From an uncultured delta proteobacterium (GTDB taxonomy: Bacteria > Desulfobacterota > Desulfomonilia > UBA1062), in assembly GCA_963752595.1 (NCBI GenBank), contig CAVVYZ010000002.1, positions 256,001-320,000 of the forward strand: 64,000 nucleotides of DNA, read 5' to 3'. The notes under the pieces are model-generated. The model saw only the letters and a program-made list of their open reading frames with translations, searched no databases and was not told where the DNA came from. Position 1 is the first letter of the stretch; each line of letters opens with the position of its first letter. Shown one piece after another: positions 19,518-29,453 of this stretch. Made by a program: the position numbers and the translations under genes.

Positions 19518-20525
19518 TTAAGGCGGAGTACCCATGGCTTCGAACCCTGCAGCTGCAGCGCCGATCAGGCCTGCCCTCGGGTTGAGGATCACATGGACAG
19601 GCATGGGATGAAGGACCTTGGAAAGACGTCCCTTGCGGAGGAAGGATTCCATGAAACGGCCCTTTTTCAGGGTATGGAGGATCCTTGGAGGGATGCCTCC
19701 GCCTATGTATACCCCGCCTGTCGCAAGGATTTTCAGGGCCAGGTTTCCGGCTTCGGCCCCAAGTATGGAGACGAACATCTCGAGGGTCCCTTTGCAGATG
19801 TCGCAGGATGCATTCGCATCCAGGGCGTTATTGATGATGAGAGCTGTCGGGTCTTTCCCTGCCGAGAGCTCGTCCGAAAACCATTCGGGCTCCGGGTAGT
19901 ATTTCTTATCCTTCAGGAAGGCATAGAGATTCGGGATGCCCGAGCCCGAGCATACCAGCTCATAGCTGACGTGATCGAATCTATTCAGGAGATACTTCAG
20001 CAGCTCGATTTCTTTTTCATCGGAGGGACCGAACTCCGTATGGCCGCCTTCGGATGCATGGGGAACGTAGTGCGAACCGTCCCAGGTGAGATATGTCTCT
20101 CCCAATCCGGTGCCGGGGGCAATGACCGCCTTCGGCCCCGTTTGAGCAGGGGTTCCTTCATTGAGCATGGAGAGGTCTGATTCGTCGAGGAGAGGGATGC
20201 CGTATCCCATTGCCTCCAGGTCGTTCAGGAGGTGCACATAGGTGAATTCCAGCATGGACGCAAGCCGTGATTCCTCGATCACCCACGGAAGGTTCGTTAT
20301 GGCCGCCTTTCCCTCCACGACAGGGCCTGCCAGACCGAACACGGCATATGCTGTCTTCTTGATGCCGTACTCGTTAAAGAACGTATGGATCACGTCTTCA
20401 AGGGTACTATAGGCACCGCTTGCATAAGTAGCTTCGGCAACGGGCTCCTTCAGGCTGCCTTCAGACCTGAAGAGAGCAAGCGTGGTCTTGGTTCCCCCGA
20501 TATCACCTGCGATCAGTTCCATCAC
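19518..20525 (-). CDS. glk: Glucokinase
   Basis: IAGDIGGTKT, TNLPW, LLNDLEA, APGTGLGE, SEGGHTEF, GGVYIGGGI. Confidence 0.93.
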   Translation of the reverse strand: MMELIAGDIGGTKTTLALFRSEGSLKEPVAEATYASGAYSTLEDVIHTFFNEYGIKKTAYAVFGLAGPVVEGKAAITNLPWVIEESRLASMLEFTYVHLLNDLEAMGYGIPLLDESDLSMLNEGTPAQTGPKAVIAPGTGLGETYLTWDGSHYVPHASEGGHTEFGPSDEKEIELLKYLLNRFDHVSYELVCSGSGIPNLYAFLKDKKYYPEPEWFSDELSAGKDPTALIINNALDANASCDICKGTLEMFVSILGAEAGNLALKILATGGVYIGGGIPPRILHTLKKGRFMESFLRKGRLSKVLHPMPVHVILNPRAGLIGAAAAGFEAMGTPP

Positions 20526-20819
20526 TCACCTCAATTTCGATTCTACATATATTATTCGCAATAACGGTATATTTACAAGCATAAGAACTCATCGGCCGGA
20601 GCATATAATTTTCCGAAGAGAAAATGAAAAGGTTTTCTCATTTCGGGAAAAAAACTCCACAATGTGAAGAATAATGAGCTTTCATTCTGCTGCTGACGAT
20701 GATAAGTTCTTTATATATAAATAGATTTTATGTTGTATGATATTTGCATAGAAAGAAGCCTTATCCATTTGTAATGGGCCGTTAGGCCGGCTATCCCATG
20801 AGGGGGTTTACTGAACAGT

Positions 20820-23646
20820 ATGAAGAGTAGATGGAGAAAGAGATATTTTAAAAAAAGGTTCCTTTCCGAAAATGGCCGACGCCGTTTTGCGGTCATTATT
20901 GCGTCCATTGCCCTGATTCTGTCTGCCGTTTCCTGTTCGGAGACTCCTCAACCGCAAACCGGAACCCTGCCCATTCAACAGGCCGGGAAATCAGTCCCCC
21001 TTGAAGCAGGGATCCTATCACCCACCGGCCGGGTAATGATATACAATGGCCGCTCCGTCCATTTCAAAGGGATGGTCGGCGGAGGCAAGAAACCGTATGC
21101 AACCCGCTGGGATTTCGGCGGAACAGCTGAATCCGTGCTTGCAGAGGATGCCGGGCTGATAACGTTCAGTACCCCGGGTATCAATGAGGTCTCCTTCGAG
21201 GTCAGTGATGCACAGGGTGACGAGATAAAGAAATCGGTTATCGTAGAGGTGATCGAGGATACCAAGCCTGTCTGCCGTATTGATTCTCCTTCTCCCGGGA
21301 TCTCGATAAAGGAAGGCGGATCAGTGATTTTCAAGGCATCCGTCACCGGGGGCAACGAGCCGTTGGCGCTCCTGTGGAATTTCGGCAAGGGGATCCCCGC
21401 CTCTGCAGTAAAGGACCCCGGCCCCATTATCTATCCGGTTGCCGGCTCTTATCAGGCGGCATTGACGGTGCGCGATGAGAACGGGGATATCGGTGAAGCT
21501 GTCGTAAAGGTGGAGGTGACGAAGGATATCCCGAAGGCGATGATTACCTCACCCGAGAAAGAACCCGTTGTCTATGAAGGAAAGGCGGTGCGTTTCTCCG
21601 GCTCCTTCTCCGGAGGGAACCAGCCTTTTACGTTCCACTGGGATTTCGGCGGGGCAGGGGTATCCGCTCTAAAAGAACCCGGGGAGGTGATATTCCCGAA
21701 ACCTGGGGTATACAAGGTCATTTTCACGGTACGTGATGCCCAGGGAGATCAGGACTCTGCTTTCACAACCGTGAGAACGGTCGATGATACGAAGCCTCTC
21801 GCAAAGATTCTCACCCCTTCCTCGGACCTTACGGTATTTGAAGGAGCGCCGGTTGATTTCCACGCAAAGGTCACCGGCGGAGATGAGCCGCTTAAAACCT
21901 GGTGGGATTTTCAGCAAGGGGCACCCGCTACCTCTGAGCTTCAGCCCCGGCAGATAAAATTCGCCAAAGCGGGCATGTATCGCGCAACCTTCCATGCTGC
22001 AGATTCCACAGGAGATGCGAGCGAGGATTCCGTAAGGATCACGGTCGTCAGGAATACCGTTCCCAAGGCCGCCATCCTCGATCCCCCTTCCAATGTGGTT
22101 ATCACCGAGAAAGGCAAGGTTTTTTTCAGAGGCTCCGTGAGCGAAGGGAATGAGCCGTTCACTTACAGCTGGCAGTTCGGTGCAACCGCTAAGGAATGGA
22201 GAGGCAAGGACCCGGGCGAGATTTCCTTTGATGCCATAGGCGACTACCGGATCCGCTTCACGGTGCAGGACGCCGATGGAGACACGGACAGTGCAACCAT
22301 GCTTGTGAGCGTGGTGAAGGATGCCAAGCCTGCAGCGAGCATAGACCTGCCGCTCCAGGACAAAGAGATATTCGAAAGCGAGTCGCTTAAATTCCAGGGC
22401 TCTGTCAAGGACGGCAATCTCCCGATCAGGTTCAAATGGGATTTCCACGGCGGAGCAAAGAATTCCGACAAAGAGGACCCGGGAGAGGTGGAATTCAAGA
22501 AGGCGGGGGTTTACGCTGTTACCTTTACGGTGAAGGATAAAGACGGGGATACGGATACCGTCACAAGGACCATAACCGTTCAGAAATCAACCTGGACGTA
22601 CGCCTCGGGAGGCTGGTCCAATTCGGCAGCCATAAGGACGGACGGGACGCTCTGGGCGTGGGGCCTGAACTCGTACGGCCAGCTGGGAAGCGGCCTTGCC
22701 CGCAGTTCGAGTTATCCTGTCCCGATCGGGGACAACAGGGACTGGGCAAAGATCGTAGTCGGAGGCGGATATACCCTTGCCCTCAAGACGGACAGGACGC
22801 TGTGGGCATGGGGTGCAAACGGGAAAGGCCAGTTGGGAAACGGAAGCTTGAGGCATGCGCTGTCCCCGGTCCTGATTGCGGCCACGAGCAGGTGGAAGGA
22901 AATCACTGCAGGGACATCGCATTCCGTGGCAATCAGGGAAGACGGCAGCCTGTGGGCCTGGGGAAGAAATGTTGAAGGGCAGCTGGGAGACGGGATCAGA
23001 ACTTCCAGCGCCGTCCCGGTACGGGTGGGAAACGATTCCGACTGGAAACTCGCTCGCAGCAGGGGAATCTCACACCCTGGCCGTCAAGGAAGACGGCAGC
23101 CTGTGGGCCTGGGGCTCGAATGAGCTCGGCCAGCTCGGAGACGGTTCCCGGGCCGACAGCCCGATACCGAAAAACATCGCACCCGGTGACAGATGGTCTG
23201 CAATTGCTGCCGGGAAACTGCACAGCATTGCAATTCGAAGCGACGGCAGCCTGTGGGCCTGGGGTGCGAATATGTACGGCCAGCTCGGGGACGGCACCAA
23301 GGTCTTCAAGCTTTCGCCGGTCCGGGTGGGCAAGGATACGGAATGGAAGATCATCACTGCAGGCGAATATCACAATGTTGCACTCAAGAAGGATTCAACT
23401 CTCTGGACCTGGGGATGGAATGCCTTCGGCCAGCTGGGGCTGGGGAACACAAAAGACTGTTCCAGGCCGGTGAAGGTCTGTCCGGATTCCGACTGGCAGT
23501 GCGTGGATGCAGGAGACCATCACAGCCTTGCAGTGAAAAGGAACGGAAGCCTCTGGACATGGGGGTATAACGGCTACAGCCAGCTCGGCAATAACGGGTC
23601 GGAGGACTTGACCGCCCCGGTTTTCATAAGGCCCGGACGAAAGTAA
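20820..23646 (+). CDS. Putative lipoprotein with six PKD/Ig-like repeats and a seven-repeat RCC1/BLIP-II beta-propeller (one frameshift near 23050)
   Basis: Hydrophobic signal ending LSAVSC; six roughly 90-aa repeats with GGxxP..W(D/N/Q)F and F..PGxY.V; seven DGxLWxWGxNxxGQLG repeats. Confidence 0.85.
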
Positions 23647-23742
23647 CCTTTGGGTTTCTCATTGAAGCGTCTCTGGGCCGTGCTCGGCATGCAAGATGCC
23701 GGTCTTTCGCGGCCGAAAGACGCTTCCGATAACCCCAAAGGG
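23647..23742. repeat. Long nested imperfect palindrome between convergent genes (REP-like or bidirectional terminator)
   Basis: CCTTTGGG/CCCAAAGG, GAAGCGTCT/AGACGCTTC, GGCCG/CGGCC and CGGCAT/ATGCCG nested stems. Confidence 0.6.
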
Positions 23743-23757
23743 TCAGCAGCCTATAGG

Positions 23758-24608
<851 letters not shown>

Positions 24609-24640
24609 ATAGAGCTCCTTTTCGTAAGTAAATGAACTGC

Positions 24641-25829
24641 TTATATCTTATCCCGCCTGACCACGAGAGCCACTGCTTCGCCGCCGCCGAGGCACAGGGA
24701 TGCCAGCCCGATCTTCTTGTCTGTCCTGATCAGCTGGTAGAGCAGGGTGGTAAGAACCCTCGCGCCGCTTGCTCCGATGGGATGGCCTATGGCGATGCTC
24801 CCGCCGTTTACGTTGACCTTCTCCGGATCGAGTCCGAGTTCCTTGATGACCGAGACAGTGGAACCTGCAAAGGCCTCGTTGATCTCGAAGAAATCCACGT
24901 CCCCGATCCCGATGCCTTCTTTCTTCAAGACCTTGGGGATCGCCAGGATCGGCGCAACGAGGACGTATTTCATGTCCAGGCCTGCGCTCGCCTGGGCGCC
25001 CACGGTCGCCAGGATCGGGCAGCCGAGAGCTCACGTGCTTTCTCTCTGGACATGAGCGTCACTGCTGATGCGCCGTCCGCAATGACGGATGCATTCGCCG
25101 GCTGTGGTGCTGCCGCCTTTCTTGAAGGCCGGTGCCAGCTTGGAGAGGATTTCAAAGCTCGTTTCCCTTGGGTTTTCATCGACAGCGAAGATCTTGGGGT
25201 CGCCTTTTCGCTGAGGCACCTGTGACCGGTACGATCTCATCCTTGAACAACCCTTCCCTGATGGAGCGCAATGCCCGTTCGTAGCTCATCAGGGCGTATC
25301 TGTCCTGGTCTTCCCTGCTGACGCCGTACTTCTCGACACACAGCTCGTTGGACATACCCATATGGAAATCATTGACGATATCCCACAGGCCGTCATGCAC
25401 CATATGATCCTGGATCGAGCCGGGGCCCATGCGATAGCCGAACCGGGCTTTATCAAGATAATACGGTGCAGCGCTCATGTTTTCCATGCCGCCGGCCACG
25501 ATTACATCCGCATCACCTGTCTGGATGGCCTGGGCAGCGAGCATGACTGATTTCAGGGCGGAGCCGCATACCTTGTTTACGGTGAAGCACTCCACTTCCC
25601 AAGGCAGTCCGGCCAGGACAGCTGCCTGTTTGGCAGGGTTCTGGCCCCGTCCGCAGGGCAGGACCATGCCCATGATGACCTCATCGACGACTTCTTTTTT
25701 GATGCCCGAGCGAAGGATTGCCTCTTCTATGGCAATTGCCCCGAGTTTGTTCCCATCGATACTTGCAAGGCTGCCGTTGAAGCCCCCGATCGGGGTCCGT
25801 ACGGCGCTGGTGATTACGACTTCCCTCAT
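24641..25829 (-). CDS. Acetyl-CoA acetyltransferase (thiolase; apparent frameshifts)
   Basis: [61 protein letters not shown]. Confidence 0.93.
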
Positions 25830-26016
25830 TGTTTCCTCCTTATTCCATCACTGGATTGCTTTTGCTGCATGGTCTTTTCAAGATTAAAACGATGCAGGAA
25901 GCATCCGAGTCTGCGACATTTGTTGGTAAATCATACAGCCGGAAAAATCAAGATGAAAGGCTCTTGTCTTTTCCTTCAATAGATTGCATATGGAAAATAC
26001 TAAAGGGGAGGACTCT

Positions 26017-26313
26017 ATGGCATCCGACATAAAGGATATCACCATTCAGTATGAAGAAGACGATGTAGTCCTGGTCAAGGAACTGGAAAAGGAGGTCCTT
26101 TCCAAAGGGGCGTGGACAACGATAATCTTCCGGTATCGGCAGTGGGACGCGAAGACTGAGGCGTATGGGCCTGACCGCTACTCCATCCGCAGGTACCGCA
26201 AGGTCAATAATGAATACAAACAGCAGTCGAAGTTCACCATCTCGAGTGTTCAGCAGGCTCAGAAGATCATCGAGACACTCCAGAAGTGGGTCGGGTCAGT
26301 GGAAAGCGACTAG
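26017..26313 (+). CDS. Hypothetical protein (98 aa)
   Basis: GGAGG RBS, typical codon usage; beta-rich core followed by a C-terminal helix. Confidence 0.75.
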   Translation: MASDIKDITIQYEEDDVVLVKELEKEVLSKGAWTTIIFRYRQWDAKTEAYGPDRYSIRRYRKVNNEYKQQSKFTISSVQQAQKIIETLQKWVGSVESD

Positions 26314-26389
26314 ATTGCGGGGTTCACCCAGCGCCTCTCCTTCTCCCCGGAAGCAAGGCAGAGGGGGCGCGGGAATTTCCCATCAGGAT

Positions 26390-27376
26390 CTATTGTTGAA
26401 GATACCCCGGAATTCGCTCCGGGCAGTAGGGCTTGAGTGCTCTGCTCGCCTTGACGTTCCCTTTGTCGTCTACGGCGATCCAATCGATCCCTTTCTTTTC
26501 GAGAACAGGGCCGAGCACATCCGGTCCTTTGATGAACAGGGCGGTCGCCCAGGCATCGGCCAGAACGCAGCTTTCTGCGACGACCGTTGCGCTGATCCAT
26601 CCCCGTGCAGGCATGCCGCTCGCCGCGTCCAGGATGTGGCAGTACCGCTTCGAGTCCCGGATGAAAAACCTTTCATAATCCCCTGAAGTGGCAATGGCCT
26701 TGTTCTGCAGCGGGATCACGGCAAAGACCCCTTCGGATCTCGGGTTTTTGATGCCGACCTTCCACGTCCGTCCGCCGAAGACCATGATGTCGCCGCCGGC
26801 GTTGACGAGTCCGGTGTCTATGCCTGATGCCTTCATCACCTTACATGCTCTGTCTGCCGCATACCCCTTGGTGATGCCGCCGAGGTCGATCATCGTACTT
26901 TCGGGTACCTCGATGGTCAGGCCGTCATCGAGCAGGCGGATCTTTTCATCCGAGGGAGATCTCTTCCATGCATCGAATTCGGCAGGCGCGGGCAGCCGGT
27001 AGGGATGGAGCCCGGTGAATCCCCATGCATCGAGCATGGGCCTCAAGGTTATGGAAAACGCTCCGGAGGAGGCATCGTGGATATCCCGGGAGAGCCTGAT
27101 GAGGGCAGAGGCCTCCCTGTCTTTGAGGGTGCGGTCTCTGTTGAGCCCATCGACAAGGGAGTTCTGGTACCCGAGGCGTGCATCGATGCGCCTGAGCTCG
27201 GTGGCGGCCTTTTTCACCGCGTCGTCGGTCTTGGTTTGCGTGCCCTTGGCCGTGAGCTCGACAAGGGTGTCCATAATGAAGATCCTGGTGGAATGGAGCT
27301 CATTTGACCTGCTGTGCCAGAGCGAAATCGCAAGGCCTGCGAGGAGAAGAACGATGATTGGGACTGTTTTTTTCAA
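26390..27376 (-). CDS. apbE: FAD:protein FMN transferase ApbE
   Basis: FIMDT, IDLGGITKGYAAD, NAGGD, ATSGDYERFF, YCHILD, ADAWATALF; N-terminal signal. Confidence 0.92.
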   Translation of the reverse strand: MKKTVPIIVLLLAGLAISLWHSRSNELHSTRIFIMDTLVELTAKGTQTKTDDAVKKAATELRRIDARLGYQNSLVDGLNRDRTLKDREASALIRLSRDIHDASSGAFSITLRPMLDAWGFTGLHPYRLPAPAEFDAWKRSPSDEKIRLLDDGLTIEVPESTMIDLGGITKGYAADRACKVMKASGIDTGLVNAGGDIMVFGGRTWKVGIKNPRSEGVFAVIPLQNKAIATSGDYERFFIRDSKRYCHILDAASGMPARGWISATVVAESCVLADAWATALFIKGPDVLGPVLEKKGIDWIAVDDKGNVKASRALKPYCPERIPGYLQQ

Positions 27377-27379
27377 TGG

Positions 27380-27408
27380 AAAAACGAAGGGGCGGCCGTG
27401 GCCGCCCC
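27380..27408 (-). terminator. Intrinsic terminator after eno
   Basis: GGGGCGGC-CACG-GCCGCCCC followed by TTCGTTTTT on the minus strand. Confidence 0.7.
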
Positions 27409-27416
27409 GGTATATG

Positions 27417-28708
27417 CTATTTCTTTATGCTGTACAATACGTTCCGGCCTCTGAACACCGCGCTTGTACCGAGCTCTTCCTCGATCCGCATGAGCTGGTT
27501 GTATTTTCCCAGACGCTCGCCGCGTGAAGTGGACCCGGTCTTGATCTGGCCGGTGTTGCAGGCTACTGCCACATCGGCGAGCCATGCATCGTCCGTCTCG
27601 CCGGAACGGTGGGAAAAGACAGCGGTAAAGCCTGCGCGGCGCGCCATCTCGATGTGTCTGGACGGTCTCGGTCAGGGTGCCGATCTGGTTTACCTTGATG
27701 AGTACGGAGTTCGATGCCTGCTCTTTGATCCCCCTCTTCGAGGAACTTCGTATTGGTTACGTAGAGATCGTCGCCCACGATCTGGATCTTGTTGCCCAGC
27801 TTCTTCATCATGAGCTGCCAGCCGGCCCAGTCGTTCTCGTCGAGCCCGTCTTCGATGGATACGATGGGGAAGCGTTTGAGCAGACCTTCGTAGAAATCGA
27901 TCATCTCTGCAGTGGTCCGTTCGGGATCCTTTTCGGAGGCGAGGATATACTTGCCGTCCTTGAAGAACGAGCTCGCCGCCGAGTCGATGGCGATGGCGAT
28001 GTCTTCTCCGGGCTTGTATCCGGCCTTCTCGATGGCCTGGACGATGAGCTCGAACGGCTCGACATTGGATTTGAGGTTCGGTGCGAATCCGCCCTCATCG
28101 CCTACGCCCGTTGCATAGCCTTTCTTGATGAGGATTTCCCGCAGGGAATGGAAGGTCTCTGCGGCGTAGCGCAGCGACTCACGGAAATCAGGGGCGCCCA
28201 GCGGCATGATCATGAATTCCTGGAGGTCGACGTTATTGTCGGCGTGCTTCCCGCCGTTTATGACGTTGAGCATCGGGACCGGGATCTCCCGGGCAAAGGT
28301 CCCGCCGATATAGCGGTACAGGGGCATTCCCATAAAGATGGAAGCTGCGCGAGCAACGGCCATGGACACGCCCGTGGTGGCATTCGCCCCGAGATTGGAC
28401 TTGGTCTCTGTGCCGTCGATCTCCAGCATCATACCGTCGATCCCCACCTGGTCGAGGGCATCCATTCCCACCAGTACCGGCGCGATCTTGGTATTTACAT
28501 TATCGACAGCCTTGAGTACGCCCTTTCCCTTATACCGCTTGGGATCGCCGTCCCTCAGTTCGATGGCTTCGTGCTCACCGGTCGAGGCTCCCGAGGGTAC
28601 GGATGCCCTTCCCATATCGCCGGTGGAGAGGTAAATGTCGACTTCTACTGTCGGGTTTCCCCGTGAATCCAGAATCTCCCTTGCAATGATATCAAGAATC
28701 TCACTCAT
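27417..28708 (-). CDS. eno: Enolase (frameshifts near 27650-27740)
   Basis: [63 protein letters not shown]. Confidence 0.96.
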
Positions 28709-28751
28709 CTAGCACCTTCCTCCTTCATCGTTTCTTTTCTGTTTTTGATGG

Positions 28752-29378
28752 TTATAGCCCTATTACGACACATGGAATGCCGCGGCTACCGAATATATTG
28801 GCAAGCTCTTGCGCGGGCTCCAGAGAGCCGAATGAACCGATTCTTACCCGGTAGAAGTACCTGCCATGGGCGGAAGCACCTTCGACGCTCGGATTATGTC
28901 CTAACCTCTGGAGCTTTTCCGCCAATGTCACGGCATTTTGCCTTTCTGTAAATGCTCCGAATTGCACGGTGTATCGCTCAGTAAATGCGCGGGGAGTTTG
29001 TACCACTTCGATGCGTACCTTGGCAAGACCTTCTTTCACCAATCCCAGTTGGTCGGCTGCCCCATACGAGAGGTCGATGATGCGGTCCCCCACGAAAGGT
29101 CCCCTGTCATTGATAGGAATAACGATCCGGCGGCCGTTTTCAAGATTAGTCACGCGTACCCGGCTCCCGAGGGGCAGGGTCCTGTGGGCTGCGCTCAGGC
29201 CGTACATGTTGTAAGGTTCACCCGTGGCAGTGGGTTTCCCATGAAAGTCCTGCCCGTACCATGAGGCAGTCCCTGTCTGCTCCCAGGCACCCTCACGGGG
29301 CCGCAGATGGGAACATCCTCCGGCAATGAGGAGAGAAGCCATCAGAATACACGCGAAAAGATGAAGGTAAGATCCCAT
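28752..29378 (-). CDS. rlpA: Septal ring lytic transglycosylase RlpA family lipoprotein with SPOR domain
   Basis: Lipobox IAGGC, GTASWYG, AAHRTLP, INDRGPF, RIIDLS; SPOR-like YTVQFGAF...YRVRIG. Confidence 0.9.
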   Translation of the reverse strand: MGSYLHLFACILMASLLIAGGCSHLRPREGAWEQTGTASWYGQDFHGKPTATGEPYNMYGLSAAHRTLPLGSRVRVTNLENGRRIVIPINDRGPFVGDRIIDLSYGAADQLGLVKEGLAKVRIEVVQTPRAFTERYTVQFGAFTERQNAVTLAEKLQRLGHNPSVEGASAHGRYFYRVRIGSFGSLEPAQELANIFGSRGIPCVVIGL

Positions 29379-29453
29379 GCCCCTCTCCCCCGTAAATACG
29401 CATCAAATCCTTATGTCATTAGGAAAACGTGTACGCGGCCCGGTTACAGGAGC

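Noticed and set aside
22600-23600. Regularly spaced DNA repeats suggesting a CRISPR array or DGR template/variable repeats
   Set aside because: They are in-frame RCC1 coding repeats about 150 bp apart; no cas or reverse transcriptase genes and no adenine-specific variation
27640-27740. Programmed frameshifting or phase variation in eno, nadD or hsd genes
   Set aside because: No consistent slippery sequences or long simple repeats at the breaks; the pattern fits sequencing indels
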